64,000 bases of DNA from Synechococcus sp. (GTDB taxonomy: Bacteria > Cyanobacteriota > Cyanobacteriia > Thermostichales > PCC-7336): the NCBI GenBank assembly GCA_051439425.1, contig JBFRWD010000140.1, positions 26,309-90,308 on the forward strand, in the 5' to 3' direction. The notes below the pieces were generated by a model that was not told the DNA's origin, made no database searches, and saw only the letters and a list, made by a program, of their open reading frames with translations. The position numbers and the translations under genes were made by a program. This document shows, in pieces, positions 1 through 10,362 of this stretch (position 1 is the stretch's first letter; every line of letters starts with the position of its first letter).

Positions 1-119
1 TCAGTTAGGACAGAGGTTCCGATCGTTGTCAGGTCTAGACATCGCTGAAATGTCCGCATTGGTATGGCCACTGCCATACACCTCATTACCCATCGCTATT
101 AGATGGAGCGCTCGGGCCA

Positions 120-842
120 TTAGCCCAGTACACGCATCAATCCAGGTAGCAATACTGCTGTGGTGAACGCCGACAAAGCCATTGCTAGCCCAGCAAAAGC
201 TCCCATTTCGGAGCTGAGTTGGAACGCTCTCGCCGTTCCCAATCCATGAGCTGCAATGCCCAATGCGACTCCTTTCGTGGTGTTGTCTCGAATTCGCATC
301 CAATCGAGCAAAGCGGGGCCAATACTGGAACCCAAGATACCGGTTAAGACAACCAACACTGCGGTGAGGGACGGTAGGCCACCGATTTGTTCGGAAATCC
401 CCATGGCAACAGGAGTCGTGACGGATTTTGGGGCAATGGACAATTGTGTTTCGAGGGTGGCACCGAGCACTTTGGCCAGAAAGACGGAGCTGAGGGCACT
501 GAGAATGACTCCGGAGAGGATTGCGATCGCCAGTTGGGGCCACAGTGTTTTGAGCTTAGAGCACTGTTTGTAGAGGGGAATGGCTAAGGCGACGGTGGCG
601 GGACCCAGCAAAAAATGTATGAATTGACCCCCTTCGAAATACTGCTCGTAAGACGTACCGGTGAGCAGGAGTAAGGCGATGAGGGTCAGGATGGACGTGA
701 GAACGGGATTTAGAAGCGGGTTGGATTTAGCTAACCGGTAGAGCTTGTAGGCCAAGTTGTAGACCAGCAGTGTGACGGTTAGCTCCACCAGTGGAGTGGC
801 GGGTAGGTAGACCCAAATGTCGGAGAAGTCGAAGTCAGGCAT
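120..842 (-). CDS. lrgB: LrgB/CidB family membrane protein
   Basis: Hydrophobic ORF with LNPVL, LLGPATVALAIPLY, PKSVTTPVAM and AHGLGTARA motifs. Start placed at ATG 842 (MPDFDF), just downstream of the lrgA-like gene. Confidence 0.9.
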   Translation of the reverse strand: MPDFDFSDIWVYLPATPLVELTVTLLVYNLAYKLYRLAKSNPLLNPVLTSILTLIALLLLTGTSYEQYFEGGQFIHFLLGPATVALAIPLYKQCSKLKTLWPQLAIAILSGVILSALSSVFLAKVLGATLETQLSIAPKSVTTPVAMGISEQIGGLPSLTAVLVVLTGILGSSIGPALLDWMRIRDNTTKGVALGIAAHGLGTARAFQLSSEMGAFAGLAMALSAFTTAVLLPGLMRVLG

Positions 843-853
843 GGGTAGGCAAT

Positions 854-1219
854 TTAGTTCGCAGTCAATTTCTGGGTGAGGAGACGATCGGCGATCGCCA
901 TGGCGGCAGCAGAGCCTGTGATGGTGAGTAGGGTACTGAGCACGAGGGCGATGGTGATGGGAATCCACTCGGCAGAGAGGCGATCGAAATGAACCATTAC
1001 GCCCACCCCTGCAGGGATGAAGAGAAGGGACAGGTGGTTGAGTAGGGCGTTAGACGTGGTATCGAGAGCGATGGATACTCGACGCGAACAGAGCAAGGTC
1101 AGGAACAGCAATGTCATGCCTAGGACTGGGCCAGGAACAGGGAGGTGTAACAGATTGGTGGTCACTTCTCCCACCAGTTGATACACCAAAAGCGTAGAGA
1201 CACCATTCAGAAATTTCAT
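854..1219 (-). CDS. lrgA: CidA/LrgA family membrane protein
   Basis: 121 aa with PVPGPVLGM and LSLLFIPAGVGVM motifs; directly upstream of lrgB. Confidence 0.9.
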   Translation of the reverse strand: MKFLNGVSTLLVYQLVGEVTTNLLHLPVPGPVLGMTLLFLTLLCSRRVSIALDTTSNALLNHLSLLFIPAGVGVMVHFDRLSAEWIPITIALVLSTLLTITGSAAAMAIADRLLTQKLTAN

Positions 1220-1394
1220 GTGCTTTTCTGTCTGTTAGGGGTTTGGGGAGATGTCGCCAGTGTAGGGGCGGGACGAGAGTGCTTTCTTACCTTAGAGTCC
1301 TTTTTGGGGACGGTCCGGGTATTTTGATTTGGAATATGCTGCGATTGCCCTTCAGTGGAAAACGTTCAAACATGGCAAGGCTCTAACTCTAGAC

Positions 1395-1472
1395 CAGTGA
1401 CCCCATCACTGCGGACATTTCAGCGAAGGCAATCCCTGTCTGTATCTAGAGTTGAATGTCCTGACTGAAATG
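1395..1472. repeat. Dispersed ~80-bp structured non-coding element, copy 1
   Basis: Aligns without gaps to 10363-10440; 20-bp identical core CACTGCGGACATTTCAGCGA. Confidence 0.8.
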
Positions 1473-1904
1473 AAAAACGCAATATTCCGGTGGATTTCAC
1501 CGTTCGAGCAGCCGCTAAAGCACGATCGATATCAGTGCCGCCTGCTGCTGATATCGCCAAAGGAGAGTTCTCTGCTCAAGTGAGATTCATTCGCTCCATC
1601 TCTGGAAATGCTGCATAACAACTCCGCTTGGCACGAACGCTTCATTGTCTTTCTCATTTTTGCGACACTGCCCTGACTCGAGTGTTGCTGGCTCGATGAA
1701 GATGTAGGGATGGGTCCTCAAAAAACAAGAGGCAGATATGCCTTGGAGCCGCAGGTGAAGTCGCGAACGTTGAAATCGCGAAATCTGACAAAACGTATCG
1801 ATAATTTGACGATTGTTTACCGATTGGGAGAACGAACCACAAACAGAGTGGCTGTTGCATAGGGTATTGATATTGCTTGCCTGATGTTTCGACTGGGTGT
1901 TCCT

Positions 1905-2570
1905 ATGTACACCTATGCTTTCCTCACCTGTCCCGAGCATACCCTGCATCTCCCCGCCGGAATTAACGGACGGTTGGAGCTTGTATATTGCGACCGTATG
2001 GCTGCTTTGACGGAGCCTGACGCTGATTTCGAGCAGTTCCAGCAGGATGACGACAACTTAGTGCAAGCTGCACTGGCTCACGATCGCGTCATGTGTGCTG
2101 TCTTTGAGCAGGTGCCCCTTATTCCCCTGCAATTTGGCACCTGTTTCCACTCGCACCAGCGACTAGTCGATCATTTAGCCAAACACCAAGATACCTATCT
2201 CAGCAAGCTCGATATGCTGGCAGACTGCGTAGAATACTGCTGTAAGCTGACTCTGCTTGATTCGCCCGACCCTTTGTCCGCCGATCGGCCAGCAGAACAA
2301 ATTATGGTTTCAACTCTTCCACCTTCTAAGGCGCAATCTGTCGATGACAATAATCGGGTTCAGGCAGAGAAAGACGACATCCTAGCGCGAATTGCTCAGA
2401 CCTATCCCCGACTTGTCGCCCATACTCAGGGAGATACGGAGCGGGCTTATGTTCTGATTCAGCGGACTGAAGCGATCGAGCTGAAGGAGAAGGTGATGCG
2501 GTGGCGATCGCAATTGCACAATTGGACATTGGAATTGGGGCAGCCGCTGCCGCCGTATCATTTTGTTTAA
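1905..2570 (+). CDS. GvpL/GvpF-family (GvpW-like) gas vesicle protein
   Basis: MYTYAF start, AHDRV..PLIPLQFGT core and C-terminal GQPLPPYHFV, typical of the GvpL/F family. Confidence 0.8.
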   Translation: MYTYAFLTCPEHTLHLPAGINGRLELVYCDRMAALTEPDADFEQFQQDDDNLVQAALAHDRVMCAVFEQVPLIPLQFGTCFHSHQRLVDHLAKHQDTYLSKLDMLADCVEYCCKLTLLDSPDPLSADRPAEQIMVSTLPPSKAQSVDDNNRVQAEKDDILARIAQTYPRLVAHTQGDTERAYVLIQRTEAIELKEKVMRWRSQLHNWTLELGQPLPPYHFV

Positions 2571-2650
2571 GCAATAGCGCTACAGGCAAAGGAGTCTGTT
2601 CGAGGCATTCTGTCGAACTGTTTGCATACTACCTATTGCGATCGACGAAA

Positions 2651-4051
2651 TCAGCGAATAGCAGTTTTAAGCTGCTCCAGCATGACGTCCGCCCCGAATA
2701 AATTGGCACCTGTTAAATCGGCTCCAGATAGCTGAGCCCCCAACATTGTGGCGTCTTGAAAGTCACAGTCGCGCAAATTTGATGATTGTAAACGAGCATT
2801 GGTGAGATTTGCTCGATAAAGTAAGGCCCCTTTTAAGTTAGCCCCTCTTAAATCGGCTCCTCTTAGATCTGCATCTCGCAAATCAGCCCCCTGCAAATCA
2901 GCACTATTTAAATCGCACCCCACCAGAGAAGCTGCTGACAAATTTGCCCCATTCAGGTTGGATGCATACAGGTTCGCTTGTCGTAAATAGGCTTCGCGTA
3001 GATCGCTATCTCGTAGGTTAATGGCCCGTAGATAAGCCCCGAACAGCAGGGCTTTCCGCATATCTAGATTGGGAAAGTCTCGCTCGCCTGAACCGAACCG
3101 CTCTAATAATTCATCCGTTTTGGTTGAGATGCGACCGGTCTGGGAATTGGCGGGCATAACGATAGGAGACACCGGTTCGGGCAACTCCACGGGAGCATTA
3201 GAGCGAATGCTGCCATCTGGCATGACGGTATTACGAAAGGTGACTCCGTCTAAATTCGCCAGCCCAAGATTGGCTCCACTCAAGTTGGCGTTACTCAGAT
3301 CGGCTCCATTCAGATCCGCTCCTCCCAGATTCGCCCCCAGCAGCTTCGTGCCTTGCAAGGTGGCCAAACTAAGATCGGCCGCATTGAGATTGGCTTCAAC
3401 CAACATGGCTTGGCTGAGATTGGCTCCGGTCAAAATAGCCCCAGTTAGGATAGCCCCAGTTAGATTCGCATCAATGAGATTGGCGTCTCCCAATTTGGCT
3501 TCGGTCAAGTTTACGTAGGGGGCCGAGACCTTAACTAGGTTGGCCTGATATAAATCGGCTTCAGATAGGTTGGTTCGCTTTAATGTCGCTTCAGTGAAAT
3601 TGGCCCCATTCGCATCGCTACGACGGAGGTTGGCCTTGTAGAGGTCTGCCTTTCGAAAGTCCGTTTCCCGTAGGTGGCATCCCTTTAAAAAGGTGTTAAC
3701 CAGTAGAGCCTCGGAAAGGTTTGCACTGTATAGATTAGTCCCGGTTAACCGGGATCCGCTTAGATCGACCCCCTTTAGGTTGCCTGCCGATAGATCTACA
3801 TCTTGAATGCGGGCGCGACGGATACGAGCTTGACTGAGATTGGCACGAGCAAGACTTGAGAGTTTGAACTCGGTTTTATATAAGTCTGATTCCGATAAAT
3901 CGATGTCTTGTAGGTTGGACTGTGAAATCCTGCAGCGGATCAGAGATATTCCTGATAACGGAGCTTCACTCATATCGACGCGTTCGAAGGACAGTTCCTC
4001 GAACTTTTTGCGAGAAGAGCCATAGATTTGCAAGAGTTCTTCGATTTCCAT
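2651..4051 (-). CDS. Pentapeptide repeat protein (two repeat blocks)
   Basis: Long A(D/N)Lxx arrays split by MPDG linker and GERDF motif. Confidence 0.92.
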   Translation of the reverse strand: MEIEELLQIYGSSRKKFEELSFERVDMSEAPLSGISLIRCRISQSNLQDIDLSESDLYKTEFKLSSLARANLSQARIRRARIQDVDLSAGNLKGVDLSGSRLTGTNLYSANLSEALLVNTFLKGCHLRETDFRKADLYKANLRRSDANGANFTEATLKRTNLSEADLYQANLVKVSAPYVNLTEAKLGDANLIDANLTGAILTGAILTGANLSQAMLVEANLNAADLSLATLQGTKLLGANLGGADLNGADLSNANLSGANLGLANLDGVTFRNTVMPDGSIRSNAPVELPEPVSPIVMPANSQTGRISTKTDELLERFGSGERDFPNLDMRKALLFGAYLRAINLRDSDLREAYLRQANLYASNLNGANLSAASLVGCDLNSADLQGADLRDADLRGADLRGANLKGALLYRANLTNARLQSSNLRDCDFQDATMLGAQLSGADLTGANLFGADVMLEQLKTAIR

Positions 4052-4318
4052 GAGGCTCTGGGCAGATGGTTATGCAGTGTGGGCTGAAGATGCCGGACCG
4101 GCTACTCAGAATGAACCCGACCTGGGACTCTGTCTAGCTACTGTACCCGCAAATGCGCCCTTGACTCACGCGCCAGTCAATTGTTGTGCGAGTTCAAATG
4201 GCAGTCACAGACTTAGTTTCAGAGCCTATGGCGGATTCATCTGAAAGTTTAATTTAAGGATTGGGGGAGTTTCAATACGGAGTCCAGAGGTCAACCCCAA
4301 GAATCGTGTTGGTTTTAC

Positions 4319-5479
4319 CTACGATGCCTCATTGGTAGATGCCAGAGTTGATAGGTGGCTGGCGGTGGCTTTGACCGATGCGATCGCGCGTTCGTAGGAC
4401 ATGCGGGTAGGGCCTAGCAAGCTGACGCTGCCCATTGCCACAGGACCGCAAGAATACCCGGCAGAGATTAACGTGCATTGGTGCATAGGTTCGAGGGGAT
4501 TCTCGCTGCCGATGTAGAGCACCAGGCGATCGAGAGTGGTGGGTTCGATGACGGGCCACAGCTCCGCTTGATTTTGCTCCAGGAGTTGCACGACATCCTG
4601 GATCTGTTCGGTTTGGGCAAACTCGGGCTGCCGTAGGAGTCCGGTCATGCCCCCGACAAATACCTGGCCAATGGTGGGGCGGAGGTAATTTTGTTTGATC
4701 GTGCCTAGCAAGTGCTTCAGCCAGTCCCCATAATCGCGAAACTGGCGGTCCATCTGCTGCCAATCGATGTTGAGAATATCGAAAAAGGTCTTGCCCTTTA
4801 ATTCCAAATTGAGGAAGTTATTCAGCAGTTGGAGTTCCTGTTCCAATTGCTCTCGATCTCGCTCCCCAAGAGATGAGACACGAGTGGTTGAGCTGCTTGC
4901 GTTTGGATCGTGCTTCGCAGCCGGTGGCTCTGCGGCTGCTTGCGAGGTTAGGCCGTTGGCATCTCCACCAAGATTGAGCAGAACTGAATGAGTTTGGTAG
5001 GAGTCTGTCACCAGAATGGCCATCACCCGATCGCTTTCCACCGGCACCAGTTGCAAATGTCGGATGGTGGTGCTGTCGGTGGGAGGCGCGGTGATGAGGG
5101 CGATGCACCCGCTCAGGGATGCCAGGATTTGGGTGGCTTGGTGGAGCAGGCGATCGAGGTCTTCTTGCAGTTGGGGTCCCAATTGTTCGGAGAGGGTGTC
5201 GAGAAGCTGGCGTTGCAGATCTTTTGGCTCGTCAATCAGGTTGTCGACGTAAACGCGATAGCCGGAGTCGGAGGGAACTCGACCTGCAGATGTATGGGGT
5301 TGATAGAGCAATCCGGTGCGATCGAGGATGGCCATCACGTTGCGGATTGTGGCAGTACTGATTCCGAGGTCGTAGGACTGGGAGAGGGTTTTTGAGCCCA
5401 CTGGTTCGGCCGTTGCAATGTAGCTGCGAACGGTTGCTTTCAAAATTTGTTGTTGGCGGGAGGTTAAATCGATATGCAT
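4319..5479 (-). CDS. hrcA: Heat-inducible transcription repressor HrcA
   Basis: YIATAEPVGSK, SATIRN-like, QPHTSAGRVPSDSGYRVYVD and LGPTRMSY motifs. Confidence 0.96.
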   Translation of the reverse strand: MHIDLTSRQQQILKATVRSYIATAEPVGSKTLSQSYDLGISTATIRNVMAILDRTGLLYQPHTSAGRVPSDSGYRVYVDNLIDEPKDLQRQLLDTLSEQLGPQLQEDLDRLLHQATQILASLSGCIALITAPPTDSTTIRHLQLVPVESDRVMAILVTDSYQTHSVLLNLGGDANGLTSQAAAEPPAAKHDPNASSSTTRVSSLGERDREQLEQELQLLNNFLNLELKGKTFFDILNIDWQQMDRQFRDYGDWLKHLLGTIKQNYLRPTIGQVFVGGMTGLLRQPEFAQTEQIQDVVQLLEQNQAELWPVIEPTTLDRLVLYIGSENPLEPMHQCTLISAGYSCGPVAMGSVSLLGPTRMSYERAIASVKATASHLSTLASTNEAS

Positions 5480-5915
5480 GAGATCGCATCACCACGGGAT
5501 CGCTGTGCAATTGCCGCCACCTCTCGAACGTTAGCGCTCGCCACTAGGCTAGCGACGAGCGGTTCGAAGATTGCTAACTCTTGGGGAAGACCTCTGGCAA
5601 GGGTTGGGTGCGAGCATGATGGAGCGCGAACCGCGAGCCATCTAAATGCCATCCAGAGTAGCGCAGCCGTTTCTTTGTTTACCAGTGTTTAGCGGAAAGG
5701 GAGCGCTCGTCTGTTCTTATCGAACAGTTCCCTCTTCGCTCTACCAGGCGATCCATTTGCAAAGGAGTGCATGGAAACAATGGCTAGTGAGTGGCAGAAC
5801 CCCTCGGATGGTGCAATTGGATCTCACTGTAGTCGATAGGGTCGCGGTTGCGGCAGATTGCCGAGTAGGATCGAGTCACGATGTCACTCTTACCTAGGCT
5901 CCATTCACTGTGTCC

Positions 5916-6275
5916 ATGCGCATTTTTCTGAAGTCCAAATTGCACAAAGCAACCGTTACGGAAGCAGATGTCCAGTACACGGGATCGATCTCCATCGATC
6001 GCGATCTCATGGATGCAGCGGAGCTATCGGAATACGAAAAAGTGCTGGTGGTGGATAACACCAATGGCAATCGGTTGGAGACTTATGTCATCGAAGGAGA
6101 ACGTGGGTCTGGCACCATTTGCATGAATGGCGCAGCCGCCCATTTGGTGCAAGAGGGGGACGAGGTGACCATCATGTCCTTTCATTTGCAGGAGCACCCT
6201 ACTCCTCCAAAGAAGCTGTTGCTGGGGGCTGGGAATGCGATTGTTCGGGATTTGATGGCGCTTGAAGTGGGATAA
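5916..6275 (+). CDS. panD: Aspartate 1-decarboxylase
   Basis: [18 protein letters not shown] (Gly-Ser self-cleavage site), [16 protein letters not shown]. Confidence 0.96.
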   Translation: MRIFLKSKLHKATVTEADVQYTGSISIDRDLMDAAELSEYEKVLVVDNTNGNRLETYVIEGERGSGTICMNGAAAHLVQEGDEVTIMSFHLQEHPTPPKKLLLGAGNAIVRDLMALEVG

Positions 6276-6315
6276 AGAGTTGTCTAGAAAAAAGAGTTGT
6301 CTGCAATAAAGAGTT
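6274..6315. repeat. Short tandem repeat (AAAGAGTTGTCT, 17-bp period, ~3 copies)
   Basis: Copies start at 6274, 6291 and 6308, between convergent panD and ppk. Confidence 0.6.
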
Positions 6316-6391
6316 ACGCAGATCGTGAGTCTTGCGCAAATCGTGAGTCCCGATCGGACGCCCGATAGTCTACTTGCGTATCCGGTCGACC

Positions 6392-8956
6392 TTACTGAAT
6401 CACTTGGGAATACTTCTCCATCAATACTCGATGGGTACCGCGAGGAGCTTCCCCTTCACCCGGCTGTCGCTGAATATAGGTGCCGTCAGGCTGTAGTTCC
6501 CAAGCTTGGCGATTATCCGCCAGCATGATGTTCAACAACTCTGTTAGCTCGCCCTGTAAAGTTGGATCGGTAATGGGCGTCACGGCCTCTACCCGGCGGC
6601 TGAGATTGCGTCTCATCCAATCGGCACTACCCAAATAGAATTCTTCCTCTCCCCCATTACCAAAATAGAAAATTCGAGAGTGTTCCAAAAATCGCCCGAT
6701 GACACTAATGACTCGAATGCTCTCACTCATCCCCGGAATTCCTGGTTTTAGGCAGCACATTCCCCGCACAATCAAATCAATTTCAACTCCCAACCGACCG
6801 GCTTCGTAAAGCAGTGAAATAATCAGGGGATCGACAAGCGAATTGACCTTAGCGATGATTCTGCCTTTCTGCCCCAGTCCAGTCTCGTTAAAGCGTTTTT
6901 GGTGGGCAGCTTCGCGGCGAATCATTTCTGTCATGCGCGATCGCAGCGTGATGGGAGCCACCAGCAGCTTGTTAAAGGACTTTTGACGCGAGTAGCCGGT
7001 GAGGTAGTTAAATAGGTCGGTAATATCTGCTCCCAACTCTTCATCGCAGGTGAGCAGTCCTAGATCGGTGTAAAGTTTGGCAGTCTTTGGATTGTAGTTG
7101 CCGGTGCCGATGTGGACGTAGGTACGTAGGCGATCATTCTCGCGCCGGACAACCAGGGCGAGCTTGGTGTGGGTTTTGAGGCCGACCAGACCGTAGACCA
7201 CGTGAACGCCGGATTGTTCCAGCCGCTTGGCCCAGTGAATGTTATTTTCCTCGTCAAATCGGGCCTTGAGTTCTACCAGTACGGCCACTTGTTTGCCTTT
7301 TTCGGCGGCTTCGATTAGTGCGCGGATGACGGGGGAATCCCCAGAGGTGCGATACAGCGTTTGTTTGATGCTGACGACGTCGGGATCGGAAGAGGCAGAC
7401 TTGATGAAGTGGAGGACGCTGGCGTTGAAAGACTCGTAAGGATGATGCAGCAGGATATCACCTTTTTGAATTTCTTCGAAGATGCCGATCGGGCTCTCCG
7501 AGTCCGCAGATTGCAAGCGGGCAGGAATACTCGCCGACCACGACATGTCTTTCAGTTCGGGAACATCTAGGCTTGCCAGGGCAAAGAGTCGGTCTAGGCC
7601 GATCAGACCATCAATTTTATAGATAGACCCTTTATCTAATTCCAACTGGCGCTGCAGCTTGTTGACGATATTGTCCGGGGTGCGGGAGGCAATCTCCATA
7701 CGCACTGCCGAGCCCCCCAGCCGACGCTTGAGCAACTCTTTTTCGATCGCCTGTAGCAGGTCAGATGCTTCCTCTTCTTCAATCTCTAAATCGGCGTTTC
7801 GGGTGACTCGGAAGGGGTAGTACTCCCGAATTTCCATCCCCTTAAACAATGGTGCTAGGTTATGACCGATCGCGTCTTCTAGCGACACAAAGGAATGCTC
7901 GTCCCCCACCTGGATAAACCGGGGCAAGCTGCTAGGGATTTTGACACGGGCAAAGTGTTCTTGCCGATCTTCGGGGTCATAGATTGTGACCGCTAAGTTG
8001 AGACTGAGGTTAGAGATGTAGGGGAAGGGGTGGCCAGGATCGACGGCCAGAGGGGTGAGGACGGGGAAAATATGGAGATCGAAGTAATCTTTGAGGTAAT
8101 CCCGTTGGGTGGAGGTGAGGTCGGAATAGTAGAGCAGATGGATGTCGTGCTTGGCCAGTTCGGGAAGCAATAGCTCGTTAAGGCATTTATATTGCTTGGT
8201 CACTAGGGGGCGGACGGCTTCGCTGATTTTCTTAAGTTGTTCGGTGGGGGTGAGACCATCGGGGGTACGGGAGGTGACGTAGGCCGCAATCTGCTGCTTT
8301 ACGGCTGCCACGCGCACCATGAAAAATTCGTCCAGATTACTGGAGAAGATGGCCAGAAACTTCAGCCGTTCCAACAGTGGGGTGCGTTGGTCTAGGGCTT
8401 CGTGCAAAACGCGGGCGTTGAACTCAATCCAAGTCAGTTCGCGGTTGAGGTAATGTTTGGGAGCTTCTCGTTCAACAGGACCGGTCACTGGGTCGAGTGG
8501 AGGAAGGGGAGTCGCTTGACGAGTGCGAAGGGTACGGCTGGTGCTGGTACCGTTTTTGCTACGGCTACTGCGGGTGGTTTTCGAGCTGGCTTTGCGCTGG
8601 GTTGTCTTGTGTTGGGTTGTCTGGTCCTGAGTAGCACTGCTGCGAGTCGTATTGCTACTTGTCTTACGGGTAGTTTTTCGGGTGGTTGATTTGGAGGTGT
8701 TGGATCTGGAGGTATTCGATTTGGAGGTATTCGAGCGCGCCGTGTTGGATCTCGTAGAAGACTTGGGGGATTCTCGATCAGTTGGGGTGATGCCGTTGGG
8801 ACTTGAGTTGGTTTGAGGAGAGGGGTCAGCGGGGGTGTTGCTGGAAGAGGCAGTCATGGTTGGCAACGGTTGAGGAATGGAGGTGATTTGATGCTGGATC
8901 TCCATTCTTACCCACGTCGACGGTTCTGTATGTGGTTTGTCCATCAACAAAGACAA
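6392..8956 (-). CDS. ppk: Polyphosphate kinase 1 with long low-complexity N-terminus
   Basis: YLNRELTW, SNLDEFFMVRV, LLHHPYESF, KARFDEENN, GSADWMRRNL. Start uncertain (ATG 8857 is plausible). Confidence 0.97.
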   Translation of the reverse strand: MSLLMDKPHTEPSTWVRMEIQHQITSIPQPLPTMTASSSNTPADPSPQTNSSPNGITPTDRESPKSSTRSNTARSNTSKSNTSRSNTSKSTTRKTTRKTSSNTTRSSATQDQTTQHKTTQRKASSKTTRSSRSKNGTSTSRTLRTRQATPLPPLDPVTGPVEREAPKHYLNRELTWIEFNARVLHEALDQRTPLLERLKFLAIFSSNLDEFFMVRVAAVKQQIAAYVTSRTPDGLTPTEQLKKISEAVRPLVTKQYKCLNELLLPELAKHDIHLLYYSDLTSTQRDYLKDYFDLHIFPVLTPLAVDPGHPFPYISNLSLNLAVTIYDPEDRQEHFARVKIPSSLPRFIQVGDEHSFVSLEDAIGHNLAPLFKGMEIREYYPFRVTRNADLEIEEEEASDLLQAIEKELLKRRLGGSAVRMEIASRTPDNIVNKLQRQLELDKGSIYKIDGLIGLDRLFALASLDVPELKDMSWSASIPARLQSADSESPIGIFEEIQKGDILLHHPYESFNASVLHFIKSASSDPDVVSIKQTLYRTSGDSPVIRALIEAAEKGKQVAVLVELKARFDEENNIHWAKRLEQSGVHVVYGLVGLKTHTKLALVVRRENDRLRTYVHIGTGNYNPKTAKLYTDLGLLTCDEELGADITDLFNYLTGYSRQKSFNKLLVAPITLRSRMTEMIRREAAHQKRFNETGLGQKGRIIAKVNSLVDPLIISLLYEAGRLGVEIDLIVRGMCCLKPGIPGMSESIRVISVIGRFLEHSRIFYFGNGGEEEFYLGSADWMRRNLSRRVEAVTPITDPTLQGELTELLNIMLADNRQAWELQPDGTYIQRQPGEGEAPRGTHRVLMEKYSQVIQ

Positions 8957-9120
8957 CGACTGAACTGCTTGGTTCTCAACTCCTGCGATCGCGTTGATGT
9001 TTATGACGATTTTTGGGATAGCCTTGATGTCCCAGGTTGAATAGTTCTCAAGGGCAATATCCCTAGCCGTTTGCTATCACCGGCAATCTTGCTAAATGCC
9101 AATTTCCCGAGCACGACATT

Positions 9121-10095
9121 GTGAGCACTCCCGATCAGAATTCTGCTGAGTCTAACTCTGCGGCCGAACTGCCACCGATACCGGGTTTGTTACCCAAAGC
9201 ACCGAAAGGGTTCCGGTCTGGGTTTGCCGCTTTAGTGGGTCGCCCCAATGTGGGCAAGTCAACCATTCTTAACGGGCTAGTCGGCCAAAAAATTGCGATT
9301 ACCTCTCCGATCGCCCAAACCACTCGTAACCGCTTGCAGGGAATTCTCACCCTACCGATGGCCCAAATCGTACTGGTAGACACTCCCGGCATTCACAAAC
9401 CCCATCATCGCTTGGGGGAGGCGTTGGTCAACACCGCTCGCAGCGCATTGAATTCTGTAGATGTGGTCATTCTGGTGGTAGATGGCTCGGAAATGTCAGG
9501 AAAGGGCGATCGATTCATTGCCAATTGGCTGTCTCCTGACCTTCCCGTCATTCTCTGTCGTAACAAGCAGGATTTGCTGCCAGCAGAGAAGGGTAAACGG
9601 AAGGCGATTGCAGCCTCCTATAAGGAGATGCTGCCGCAGGCCAAAGATGTCAGTATCTCCGCGCTAAATAAAAACAGCCTGGAGCCACTGTTGGGGGCTA
9701 TTGCCTCATCGCTACCGCAAGGACCGTATTACTATCCCCCCGACTTGGTCACCGATCGCCCCGAGCGTTTCATCATGGGGGAATTGATTCGGGAGCAGAT
9801 TTTGCACCACACTCGCAACGAAGTACCTCACTCGGTTGCTATCACGATCGATCGTGTGGAAGAAAGCCCAAAAATTACTCGCATTTTGGCTACAGCGATT
9901 GTGGAGCGGGATTCGCAAAAGGGCATTCTGATTGGTAAGGGGGGGCAAATGCTGAAAACCATCGGCAGCGGAGCCCGTCAACAAATTCAGAAGTTGATTG
10001 TTGGAAAGGTCTACTTGGAACTGTTTGTAAAAGTTCGACCCAAGTGGAGGCAGTCCGCCGGACTTCTGGCTGAATTAGGGTATACCGAGGAGTAG
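9121..10095 (+). CDS. era: GTPase Era
   Basis: GRPNVGKST, DTPGIH, NKQD and KH-domain SQKGILIGKGG. Confidence 0.97.
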   Translation: MSTPDQNSAESNSAAELPPIPGLLPKAPKGFRSGFAALVGRPNVGKSTILNGLVGQKIAITSPIAQTTRNRLQGILTLPMAQIVLVDTPGIHKPHHRLGEALVNTARSALNSVDVVILVVDGSEMSGKGDRFIANWLSPDLPVILCRNKQDLLPAEKGKRKAIAASYKEMLPQAKDVSISALNKNSLEPLLGAIASSLPQGPYYYPPDLVTDRPERFIMGELIREQILHHTRNEVPHSVAITIDRVEESPKITRILATAIVERDSQKGILIGKGGQMLKTIGSGARQQIQKLIVGKVYLELFVKVRPKWRQSAGLLAELGYTEE

Positions 10096-10362
10096 TGTCT
10101 CATGGCGGCGCAACTAGGTCTTCAGCTATTTCTATTATCGATTGTATTTTTCAAAACCCTCTCTGTTTTTGGGGAATAGGAAGAGAAAATCAGCGATCGA
10201 CGCACTACAGGATGCTTTTAAGACAGCAATCCTTAATGGTTGACAGCAAGCCCCAGCAAGCAATTCGATCGCATTAGAAATGGCAAAAAGAAATATTGCC
10301 AGTGGGAATAGAACAATCTTTTCTTTAGACTCGTTGTGAAATTTATGGCGTAGATCGTATAG

